From the NCBI RefSeq assembly GCF_001194135.2, contig NC_068986.1:6360358-6393786 (forward strand): a DNA stretch of 33,429 nt. The letters are read 5' to 3'. The notes below the pieces were generated by a model that saw only the letters and a program-made list of their open reading frames with translations, had not been told where the DNA came from and did not search any database. The position numbers and the translations under genes were made by a program. Positions 12,760 through 23,446 of the stretch are shown here, piece by piece. This stretch comes from Octopus bimaculoides. Taxonomy: Eukaryota. The first letter of the stretch is position 1; every line of letters begins with the position of its first letter.

Positions 12760-13230
12760 ATACCCCATTTTAGCGAGAGGATAACTACAGCCATCCAAAG
12801 AGCCATACGAAGAGAAGGGCTAGATATACAACTAGCCCACTCTGGCCCCTCTCTGAGAGGACACATCGCAAAGAAACTAATAAGGGACAACAATCAATGC
12901 ACATTAACAAATTGTCCCATCCGTGACACAGATTTATGCCAACGGGTAAATGTTGTGTATAAAATACAATGTAACAAATGCAATAAGTTCTATGTGGGTA
13001 GCACAACAAGACCGTTACACGTCCGCATCAAAGAACATATGAACACGAGAGCCTCCTCCTTCAGAAAACATCTAGATAGATGCCGGAACGCTGATAAAAG
13101 CATAACAGTCATAATTGAGGCCAATGAAAGAAATTTGGGTAATTTAAAAATCAAGGAAGCTTTACTCATACACAGACTAGGACCCCAAATTAACAACAGG
13201 ATGGAAGTTGGTAATCAATATATTATTTAG
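12760..13230 (+). CDS. Penelope-like linker + GIY-YIG endonuclease (C-terminal part of the ORF)
   Basis: Open frame from the gap to the stop: IPHFSERIT...CTLTNCPIRDTDLCQRVNVVYKIQCNKCNKFYVGSTTRPLHVRIKEH...EALLIHRLGPQINNR. Confidence 0.88.
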   Translation: MPHFSERITTAIQRAIRREGLDIQLAHSGPSLRGHIAKKLIRDNNQCTLTNCPIRDTDLCQRVNVVYKIQCNKCNKFYVGSTTRPLHVRIKEHMNTRASSFRKHLDRCRNADKSITVIIEANERNLGNLKIKEALLIHRLGPQINNRMEVGNQYII

Positions 13231-13614
13231 CTACATCTGGATGTGTGTAGTTTAATTCTTAATAACATGCTCATATATTGTNNNNNNNNNNNNNNNNNNN
13301 NNNNNNNNNNNNNNNNNNNNNNNNNNNNNNNNNNNNNNNNNNNNNNNNNNNNNNNNNNNNNNNNNNNNNNNNNNNNNNNNNNNNNNNNNNNNNNNNNNNN
13401 NNNNNNNNNNNNNNNNNNNNNNNNNNNNNNTATAACACAATTTAGAAGCAGCGCCACAGATGTTTCAACACAACACGCACGAGATTGAAACAGCCGACCT
13501 CACGCACTTCTCATGAGGAATTTCAGAAGAAGCTTCGTGAGACCACTCCTGAGACACTTCAGAAAAAAGAAAAACCGTTGGAAAACAGTTTATAGCAGAG
13601 ACTCCAGCAAATAA

Positions 13615-13650
13615 GATCTGAAGATGGAATTCTAATTCCGAAATATCATC
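13615..13650 (+). ncRNA. Minimal type I hammerhead ribozyme motif in the PLE 3' region
   Basis: gat-CTGAAGA-t-GGAAT tcta ATTCC-GAAA-taTC-atc. Intact core, 5-bp helix II, palindromic ATAT in place of helix III, only 3-bp helix I. Confidence 0.65.
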
Positions 13651-14182
13651 GGACTACAGTTTACCAAGTTACAACAGGTATACAGTCCATTTTTTGTTCT
13701 ATATTGCATTGTTATACCTTCCTAAACTTTTTATTCTTTACAAGCAATACACAATGCTTCAAGCGAACTACAATACTCTCCTATTAAATAGGGTTATAAT
13801 GGGAAGCCTTTGATAAAAGTTTGCCTGATCAGAGTTGACCTGGATTTAAACAACAACAATATTGACAACCAAAGTACATATCACTTTCCAGTTAGTTTGA
13901 TCAATCTCTGAGACATTCCCCATCTATTTTCAGGAAAATTTGACAGAAGTGGTTTGGGGACAAACCAGGTAACCAGCATGTCTTTTGTGCCAAATTATCA
14001 AGTCCCTACTTTTAGCTATTTTTCTTTCTAAACAACTCCATTGGTCAACATTGACAAGTGTAAATCCTGGATGTTCACTCTGTAATTGTACCTTCGCTAC
14101 ATTGGCAAGCTTGATAAAGTCTATACTTTGCTGATGAGGCCATAATAAGACTGGAACATATCCAGAATTATCTCAAGTTTGC

Positions 14183-14531
14183 AGTTTGCTTCCCAATCAC
14201 ATGGTTCTGAGTTCTTCCCCACTTAGATAGGTATCTTCTACTATTGCTTTGGGCTGATCAAAGCCTTGTGTGTGGATTTAATAAGCACAGACTTAAAGAA
14301 GTCTATCATAAGTATGTGTGTGTAGGCAAAACTGTTGATTATGAAACTGATTAACAGTATTGACAAAGTTCATGGTGGTTACTTGGTGTTTGCTGGTGTT
14401 GGTGAAAGGACACATGAGGGTAATACTTTTTGTCATGAAATCATTATGTCTGGTGTCATCAGCTTGAAGAATATGTGTGTGCGTGTGTATGCACGCGCAT
14501 GCTCACATGTTGTGTGTGTGTGTGTGTGTGT

Positions 14532-14562
<31 letters not shown>

Positions 14563-14789
14563 CATGCATGCGTGTGTATCTGTTTTTGTCCCCACCATCA
14601 CTTGTTAACTGGTGCTAGTGTGCTTACATCTTTGTAACTTAGTGGCGCAGCAAAAGAGCCTGATAGAATTAATATGAGGCTTAGAAAGAAAATAAGTACT
14701 GGGGTTGATTAGTTTGACTAAAATTCCTCAATGCAGTGTCTCAGCATGGTCACATCCTAATGACTGAAACAAGTGTAATATAAAAGATA
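14183..14789 (+). mobile_element. tRNA-derived SINE with internal (TG)n tract, interrupted by a gene fragment
   Basis: Head tttgcttcccaatcacatggttctgagttc, central domain, (TG)n, then gtccccaccatcacttg...cagcatggtcacatcctaatgactgaaacaag tail. Confidence 0.8.
14322..14472 (+). pseudogene. ATP5F1B: Fragment of F1-ATP synthase beta subunit gene (end of Walker A + GVGERT motif), degenerate
   Basis: VGKT-(2-bp deletion)[46 protein letters not shown] versus the conserved [51 protein letters not shown]. Confidence 0.9.
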
Positions 14790-14790
14790 T

Positions 14791-15003
14791 TCTTTTCTAG
14801 TCTAGGCACAATGCTTGAAATTTTGGGGGCAGGGGCCAGTCAATTACATCGATTCCAGTACGCAACTGGTACCTAATTTATCAACCTTGAAAGGATGAAA
14901 GACAAAGTCAACTTCAGCAGAATTTGAAATCAGAACGTAAAGAGAGACGAAATACCGCCAAGCGTTTCGCCCGGCGTGCTAACGTTTCTGCCAGCTTACC
15001 GTC
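14791..15003 (-). mobile_element. SINE (ctggcagaatcgttagc family)
   Basis: Reverse complement of the 8289 copy: ggtaagctggcagaaacgttagcacgccgggcgaaacgcttggcggtatttc...; retains many CpGs. Confidence 0.85.
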
Positions 15004-15222
15004 TTATAATATAAAAGGTATTAGTGATTGGTTAATATTGTTTGATTCTCATCAGTTATTGGCACACAAGGTGGTGAACAAGCAGTGTCATTAGAGCATC
15101 AGATAAAATAACTTGTGCAGCATTTATCTGGTACCTTGCATTCTGAGTTCAAATCCTACCAAAGTCAAGTTTGCTATTCATCTTTCTGTAGTTGATAAAT
15201 AAAGTATCAGATCAGTCTAGAG

Positions 15223-15537
15223 CAGGGGTCAGCAAACCAGGGTAAATTACTCCAAATGGGGGTAAAAATGAAATTCTTGTGGGTAATGAGGACTCATTAG
15301 ACATAAGTAAAAATATATAAAAAAACGCGTTCCTTGTTATGACAGAAATTTTTCTTCTGGCAACACTGCATTTGTTCAATATAATGGACGTGTCTAGGAG
15401 ACATCACACCAAATAGATTCAATAGACCTTTTGAATTCAAGGAATCTATGATTTTCTTCCTTTCAAATCAAGGGTGTAATGTTGGTATAAATAAATATAT
15501 TTTGGGGTAATTGATTAAAAAAGTTCTTTGACCCCTG
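15223..15537. mobile_element. Non-autonomous hAT (Charlie/Buster-type) MITE
   Basis: TIRs CAGGGGTC...GACCCCTG; 8-bp TSD gtctagag/ctctagag matching NTCTAGAN; subterminal gggtaa repeats. Confidence 0.85.
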
Positions 15538-16596
15538 CTCTAGAGCATTTGATTGGCAGAAATATTGGAGTGTTGGAAGACAGACCTCAGCATATTTGTT
15601 CTAGCTTTGAGTGAGTGTTCAAATCCTACCATGACCTAGTTGGGCTGGTAGACTTTAATTTGTCATCTGCTTTAACATTGCTATCTTACTCTTGGGTATC
15701 TTTTGTGGAGCTCACTCTGTTGTAAGCATTTGAGCTGGGTTTTCAGAAGGAGGTTACCTTCTCTCTCTCCCCTCTCCCTTCTCCCCTCTCCTCCCATTAG
15801 TCTCAGAGGCCCTATAAAAGGTCATGGATACTGCTCTTCCTTCTTGACTAAAAGATTAAAAAACAACAACAAAAAAGAAACAGAATTATTATTTCTGGTT
15901 AGCCTTTTACTGCACCCTCTGTTAAATATATTAATACTAACTTCACTACATGAGGAAGATAGCATCATAATTCCCCAGCAATTGTGACTCAGTGAATATT
16001 GTATGTATAAAAGCAAACAGAACTTTCAATGATATAAATATTTATCACAAAAACTACATTCTGAATAGGTTTTACAATATCGATAATATCAATACATACA
16101 TATGTAATATGTCAGGCTGTTTTATATCAAGTCCATTAAAACCCATTGCATTCAAGCACAAGCATATCAGAGTTCACATTATTGAATGTATGCGATCTCT
16201 GTTTTCTCCTGTATGCTTAGCTACAACTTCAATAATGAAATAGAATCTGATGAGCATAATAATGAAGGTAAACATTGAATATATATATAAATATATAGAT
16301 ATATATATAATATTTTAAAATAAATATAGTGAGTTTATGTAATAGTATATGAGTTCCATTAGTGAATTGTTATAAGGGATATACTACACCAAAACTCCAT
16401 CTATATGATGTATATCTTGGGTAAACCCTTTTCTCTCAGTGTTCACAGTTGAGCCAACAAAGGATTATTTACACGATTGCGTGATCAGATAGAGATAGCA
16501 ATCAAATATACCTCAAAGTACATGTTTACTTGAGAAAGGAGGAATACATTGGGTAATGTGATCCTGGATAGGTTATGCACCACCACCACCACCACT

Positions 16597-16629
<33 letters not shown>

Positions 16630-16631
<2 letters not shown>

Positions 16632-17895
16632 GGGGTTGGACAAAATAATGGAAACACCTTAAAATTTCAAACAAATTTATTTTAATATGGGGTAGGACTG
16701 CCTTTGGTAGTAATTACTGCTTGAATTCTGTGAGGTATGGACTCATACAAAGTTTGAATTGTTTCCAAAGGAATTTTTGTGCATTCTTCAGCTAAAACAG
16801 TCTCCAGTTCTTGTAGTGATGATGGTGGAGGATATCGACTCCTTATTTGTTTTTCTAAAATGCACCATAAATGTTCAATAATATTGAGATCTGGGGACTG
16901 TGGTATCCAGATAAGATGTTTAACTTCAGTAAAATGTTCCTCATGCCATTCAATAACAACTTTAGCTGTGTGAATTGGTGTATTATCATCCTAAAAGATT
17001 GCGTTTCCCTCCAGAAACAGTTCCGCAACCATAGGATGAATTTGATCAGATAAAATGCTTAAATAGTCTTGACTATTAATTCTGCCATGAACGGAAACCA
17101 TTGGGCTGGCAGATTTCTAAGATATATTTCCCCCCAGATCAGCACAGATCCTTCTCTATGTTTAACAGTTGGAAGAAGGCAGTCTGGGTCAAATGCTGTC
17201 TCTACACGTATACTCGATTGGTGATCAGAAATAAGGTAAAGGATGACTCGTCCAAGAAAATAACATTCTTCCACTGCTCTAGGTACCAATTCTGTATGTT
17301 TTTACTCCACTCTAAACACTCTGCAATGTTTGTTTTTAAAAGTAATGGCTTTCTGATTGCAGCCCTCCCGTGAAATCCGGCTTTGTGCAGCTCCCAGTAA
17401 ACAGTTTTTGCGGTAACTGGGTCCTCGAGGTGGTCATTAAGCTCTGCAGTAATTTTGGGAGCTGTACTTTTGTGATCCTTTCTAGCAATTTGTGTAAGAG
17501 TCCGAAGGTCCCTATCTGAAAGTTTTGGTTTTCTTCTGGAGTTTTGTTTTGATGAGGAGGGTATTCCCTCTTTCTCAAAGGTTGTCATTGTTTTCGAGAC
17601 AGAACTTCTTGATACACCAAACATTTCAATTGTTTTTGTTATGTTAGTGCCTGCCATACGAGCACAAAACAATTTGACCTCTTTGAAAGTCTGATAGTTC
17701 TGTCATTTTAATGAATTTTAATTACCTTTTTCTGATGATATCTGAAAAGAAAAAGCAATTTTATCAAAACATATTAAGCAACACTAATAGTAATTCAAAA
17801 AGCATAAAAATAAACAAGTGTTTGACAGTTTTATAGATATTTCAAAATTATGATGCTTTGATGCTAGGTGTTTCCATTATTTTGTCCAAGCCCTG
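16630..17895 (-). mobile_element. Full-length Tc1-type DNA transposon (1266 bp, DD36E spacing)
   Basis: 29-bp TIRs (2 mismatches) at 16630-16658 and 17867-17895; TA TSDs at 16628-29 and 17896-97. Confidence 0.95.
16682..17706 (-). pseudogene. Tc1-family transposase with stops and frameshifts
   Basis: MTELSDFQRGQIV...GRAAIRKPLL...VIFLDESSF...PTVKH...F*DDNTPIH...SPDLNIIEHLW...SIPHRIQAVITTKGSPTPY*. Confidence 0.93.
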
Positions 17896-17905
17896 TACAT
17901 ATATG

Positions 17906-18233
17906 TGTGAGACGACACTGCATAGTGCCAAAGATCCCAGCAATGCCATCGCGCTTCAGGACCAGTTACTGCAACAGCTAAGGATTCAGGGGCCCACAGC
18001 TTTTTAATATTCTCCCAAAGAGCCTGAGGAATCTGCACAAAGTAGATGTAGGAGTTTTTAAATCAAAGTTGGGCCTCTTCCTATCGAGAGTCCCAGATGA
18101 ACCTACCTCGCGGCAGGAGGTGCAAATGAGGGTTGCTAAATCAAACTCCATTCTTCACCAAGTGCCACATATTGTAAGAGGCTCCCTGTAATAACAGTGT
18201 AGCAACACGGTGGTGCATCAGCATGGCCGCAGC
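17906..18233 (+). mobile_element. 3' end of a CR1/L2-group LINE
   Basis: RHCIVPKIP...RGPQLFNILPKSLRNLH...FKSKLGLFLSRVPDEPT...SNSILHQ then a short 3' UTR ggtggtgcatcagcatggccgcagc; cut by a gap. Confidence 0.75.
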
Positions 18234-18518
18234 NNNNNNNNNNNNNNNNNNNNNNNNNNNNNNNNNNNNNNNNNNNNNNNNNNNNNNNNNNNNNNNNNNN
18301 NNNNNNNNNNNNNNNNNNNNNNNNNNNNNNNNNNNNNNNNNNNNNNNNNNNNNNNNNNNNNNNNNNNNNNNNNNNNNNNNNNNNNNNNNNNNNNNNNNNN
18401 NNNNNNNNNNNNNNNNNNNTATATTTATATAGATATGGGTGATAATTGAATACTAATTCAATTTAAAACCAAGTGGCCTAGCATATAAAAAATCTGAAAA
18501 TTCAGAAAAAATTGTATT

Positions 18519-18656
18519 ACATGTGCATAAGAGATGACCACTAGGTGGACATTGAATATGCTAAAAAGAGGTCATCAACGACCCAACCTTGGCTTGTTGA
18601 TGACCTCTTTCTAGCATATTGGATGTCTACCTAGTGGTCATCCCTTATACACATGT
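18519..18656. repeat. Fold-back inverted repeat (62-bp arms, 14-nt loop)
   Basis: 18519-18580 versus the reverse complement of 18595-18656: 55/62 identical by manual comparison. Confidence 0.9.
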
Positions 18657-19065
18657 ATATATATATATGTATGTATATATATATATATATATATATAAGA
18701 TATGGCTAAGTAAATCATGTTGCCTTGCAGAATACAAATCCTATATATTCATTGTATCCTACGTTTCCATGAAGGAGACTTATCATTAAACCTGATTGTG
18801 ACTGTGAGTCAGTCCTACAAGGTACACCTACTTGTTTTTCTATCCACCATATTACACAGTGCTGGAATTTGTCAAATGATTATTTTTTTTACTTCTAGGT
18901 CAACAGTGCTTCTTTGCTTTTGAGGTACATATCTTCAAACTATTCCATTGCTATTAGTAATCTTATGAAGTCATAATCTTTCAGCTCATACTTACAGCTA
19001 GCTAAGCTACATTGTATGTCAGGAATTAATAACAAATGACATATATACATACATACATACATATA

Positions 19066-19099
<34 letters not shown>

Positions 19100-19672
19100 C
19101 ATACATATATACATACATATATACATATATACATACATATATACATANNNNNNNNNNNNNNNNNNNNNNNNNNNNNNNNNNNNNNNNNNNNNNNNNNNNN
19201 NNNNNNNNNNNNNNNNNNNNNNNNNNNNNNNNNNNNNNNNNNNNNNNNNNNNNNNNNNNNNNNNNNNNNNNNNNNNNNNNNNNNNNNNNNNNNNNNNNNN
19301 NNNNNNNNNNNNNNNNNNNNNNNNNNNNNNNNNNNNNNNNNNNNNNNNNNNNNNNNNNNNNNNNNNNNNNNNNNNNNNNNNNNNNNNNNNNNNNNNNNNN
19401 NNNNNNNNNNNNNNNNNNNNNNNNNNNNNNNNNNNNNNNNNNNNNNNNNNNNNNNNNNNNNNNNNNNNNNNNNNNNNNNNNNNNNNNNNNNNNNNNNNNN
19501 NNNNNNNNNNNNNNNNNNNNNNNNNNNNNNNNNNNNNNNNNNNNNNNNNNNNNNNNNNNNNNNNNNNNNNNNNNNNNNNNNNNNNNNNNNNNNNNNNNNN
19601 NNNNNNNNNNNNNNNNNNNNNNNNNNNNNNNNNNNNNNNNNNNNNNNNNNNNNNNNNNNNNNNNNNNNNNNN

Positions 19673-20397
19673 CAGAGGATTCAGAAAGAGTTGGATGAGT
19701 CTAATGGTGATTATAAAGGTACGGCAGCTTAGAAAACTCACTCTGATCGTTCTGATAAAGAAAGAACCCCTGAATGTGTTGGTGAGATCCCGGCCACGGT
19801 TGACAACAATCCTTCCAAGTCAATCAGGTTTGAGTTTCTTATCAGGCAGGTAGAGCATGAAGTCATTCGGTATTCCTCATACAAGATGAGAAAGGGCCAA
19901 TTTTTATCCCAAGCTATCAAGGACAAGAGGAAAGACCATGCTATGAAGCTTTTTAAACTCAAGCATCCTCACCGACCGAACATGCTTTGGTTTTTCTCAG
20001 ACAAGAAAAATTTCTGCCAGGATCAAATGGTGAACATATACAACACCTGTTGGCTTGCCATGCCTCCAAAACATGTACTGAGAGTGATAAAAATCAAACA
20101 TCCAGTCAACATCATGGTGTTTGGAGTAGTCACTAATGATGGCGACATTGTGCCTCCATTCATCTTCCCACACAGCTTCAGACTCAACACGAAGGCATAC
20201 ATCAAGTGCTTGGAAGAGGTAGTGCTGCCTTGGGTCAAGAGAGTGGCTGCTGGAAGACCCTATGTCTGGCAACATGACTGTGCACCATGCTACACAAGCA
20301 AGAGAACCCAGTCATGGCTGCGACACAATTTCTGTGACCACATCACCCCTAACATCTGGCCACCTCACTCCCCAGACTGTAGCTTGCTTGATTATAT
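19673..20397 (+). pseudogene. DD37D (maT-type) Tc1/mariner transposase fragment
   Basis: WFFSDKKNF...MVFGVVTNDG...WQHDCAPCYTS...IWPPHSPDCSLLDY; 37 residues between the 2nd and 3rd D. Truncated after DY; 5' part in the gap. Confidence 0.9.
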
Positions 20398-22573
20398 ATA
20401 TAACCAAGAGAAATAGCCCATTCATGTTCATAAATTATTTCGTATAAATCAAACTGAGTATGCTTATTTCTTAGTATTTGAACTATTTGAGTTATTTTTT
20501 CAATTTATCCAGTACAACGCTTAAACAAGTAAATAGTATTTTCCTAAACAATAAATCCACTTATTTCAGTCGGTGACTTATTCATGAATATACCAATACT
20601 AGCGCCGCTGAGGGTAATATTCTCTGAGAATGCACAAAAGATTTTTTCAGAGTTATTTACTTTGAATTGTTATTATCTCATATCTGATTAGCCTGTTATT
20701 ACATAACATGCTTCACGGTTTTAGTATACATATCTTATTAGTATTTCCTCCTATGTTCTATATACTCTGAGAATGCATTAAAGCCCTTTCTGGGGCTACT
20801 TTATTTGAATTCTTACTATCAGGTAATTAATTTCCTGTTANNNNNNNNNNNNNNNNNNNNNNNNNNNNNNNNNNNNNNNNNNNNNNNNNNNNNNNNNNNN
20901 NNNNNNNNNNNNNNNNNNNNNNNNNNNNNNNNNNNNNNNNNNNNNNNNNNNNNNNNNNNNNNNNNNNNNNNNNNNNNNNNNNNNNNNNNNNNNNNNNNNN
21001 NNNNNNNNNNNNNNNNNNNNNNNNNNNNNNNNNNNNNNNNNNNNNNNNNNNNNNNNNNNNNNNNNNNNNNNNNNNNNNNNNNNNNNNNNNNNNNNNNNNN
21101 NNNNNNNNNNNNNNNNNNNNNNNNNNNNNNNNNNNNNNNNNNNNNNNNNNNNNNNNNNNNNNNNNNNNNNNNNNNNNNNNNNNNNNNNNNNNNNNNNNNN
21201 NNNNNTATATATATATATATGTATGTATATACCTTACCACTATATCATATACAAATATTGAAAGTTTGTGCTTATACTTACACACACAAACATATATACA
21301 TAGAAATTTATGTCAAACTGCAAATGAAATTAACTTGTCAGTTGTACCCGCTCAACTATAGAGATTGGGCTATTGTTAAACATATTCAACCCAGTATTAA
21401 TGTTGTGATATTGTGATCCAAATCCACTTAGTACTGATGTAGTTTTTCATTTTATAAAAATTAGTAGGTGAGGAGGAGGAAAGGTTTTTTTCTTTATTTT
21501 TTAAATGACTTTGTTGGAGAAGGAAGGGCAGTGCCCACCACCACCTCCAATGTTTTACAGGCATCCAAGAGTGATACAAAGGAGGGAGGGAGATATTTAT
21601 CCTTAGAGCAGTGACCTGACCTAAATGCTAAATGCTTACAACAGAGTCAACATTTCGAAAGGTATTCAATGACCTGGTGGTGATAGTGTTAGATTTAAAC
21701 CATACACTGGATTAAATTGTTGTCATTGTTCAGATTCAGACCAGGTTCAATTGTGTAGAAATATGATCAAAAGCATTCCAACCATGACCATCCTGTCTTT
21801 TTATTTTTTACTAAGTGTACTGTATCACAAAAAGAATTGGTCTCAGTGACCTGACCTAAATGCTAAATGCTAAATGCTAAATGCAGGATACCATCATCAT
21901 AAGATAGCAGAAGATGCTTAGCCATGTACTATGTATGCCCATGAAAAAAACAGTGAGAGCTGCTTTTTTTGAGTAGCAACCAAAGGAGGTGTAGGAGGAG
22001 AAGCAGACCTGTCAGGACCTGACAAATATGGGCCTTAATTAGAAGCAGGCACATGACAGGGCTTGTAATTGTACAAAATGGAGATTTTTTTATCATTCAA
22101 CGTTCCATAGTAGTGGGAGAAATTAAGACTTGAAACACATTTTTCGATGTGTCTTTCCTTTTCTAAGACAGTATAGTATGTTATAATGAAGGTTTGACTG
22201 CCACTTCAAGTCAGTTGAGTAACTACATAACTCTAGTTGGCTCACCCAGGTATCATTAAACTTGAGCTAACATGAAAGCATTTGGACTGTTTCTTGTCAT
22301 ACTAGAAATAGTATGTCAACCACTCCATATATCTAAGTGTTCTACTTTAAAATTTTTTTCATGTAACTCCAATTGTTGCCTTATGTGAAGAGAGTTGATA
22401 GTAGTTGGTAAGCTGAATATTATCTTGTTAGTGTCCTTTATAATCCACCAAAAAGAAAAAAAATAACACAATACAACAGAATTTTAGATGCACTACATTT
22501 GAAACCACCCACTGCAAAAATTCCAAAAAAACTCCAGATGGGAGGGCTATAACTGGCATGCCTTTGATTATAG

Positions 22574-22619
<46 letters not shown>

Positions 22620-22986
22620 CTATCTCTTTCATTCTGTCTCTATTTCTATTTCTGTCTGTCTGTCTGTCTCTGNNNNNNNNNNNNNNNNNNNNNNNNNNNN
22701 NNNNNNNNNNNNNNNNNNNNNNNNNNNNNNNNNNNNNNNNNNNNNNNNNNNNNNNNNNNNNNNNNNNNNNNNNNNNNNNNNNNNNNNNNNNNNNNNNNNN
22801 NNNNNNNNNNNNNNNNNNNNNNNNNNNNNNNNNNNNNNNNNNNNNNNNNNNNNNNNNNNNNNNNNNNNNNNNNNNNNNNNNNNNNNNNNNNNNNNNNNNN
22901 NNNNNNNNNNNNNNNNNNNNNNNNNNNNNNNNNNNNNNNNNNNNNNNNNNNNNNNNNNNNNNNNNNNNNNNNNNNNNNNNNNNNNN

Positions 22987-23039
<53 letters not shown>

Positions 23040-23040
23040 C
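22574..23040. repeat. (TC)n/(TCTA)n/(TCTG)n microsatellite spanning a gap
   Basis: Tandem tracts on both sides of the N-run 22673-22986. Confidence 0.9.
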
Positions 23041-23079
23041 CTTACTGTTTTAAAAAAAACAGGACAGAATATAATGGAG

Positions 23080-23446
23080 GTTTAGATACACTATCTTTGA
23101 ACATAGGTCTGTCCTCTCCACTGCTTTAAAAGATGAAAATACACACGTTTTTTTAGACACTACATCTAAAGACAAAAATGAGATAGTCATAACTGATATT
23201 CCTTTGAATATAGCTGTCATTGTCTCTGGTTATAGAAACACTATTTTTGTAGGAATGGTCATGTTTGGAATGCTTTTGATCATAGGTCTGCTATCCTACT
23301 GATTTAAAAGATACTGGACACAAGATAATGGGATTTTAGATACACTATATAAAAAAAAAAGACAGATGGGATGGTCATGGCTGGAACATCTTTGATTATG
23401 GTTCTGCATGATTAAGGTTGATCTGGGGCTTAAACAACAACAACAA
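23080..23446 (+). mobile_element. Tandem partial copies of the (CAA)n-tailed retroposon 3' end
   Basis: Repeated tttagatacacta...gtcat(g/a)...ctttga..cataggtct modules ending ttaaacaacaacaac. Confidence 0.55.

Larger units (their letters stand above)
12036..13700 (+). mobile_element. Penelope-like retroelement (RT + GIY-YIG), gapped, with 3' pseudo-LTR region
   Basis: RT and GIY-YIG coding segments followed by a non-coding region containing a hammerhead core. The 5' end is lost in the 11244-12035 gap; the 3' boundary is approximate. Confidence 0.88.

Noticed and set aside
14335-14637. Functional ATP synthase beta exon
   Set aside because: It has a frameshift just after GKT and substitutions at conserved residues, no splice sites at the ends, and runs into (TG)n; treated as a pseudogene fragment.
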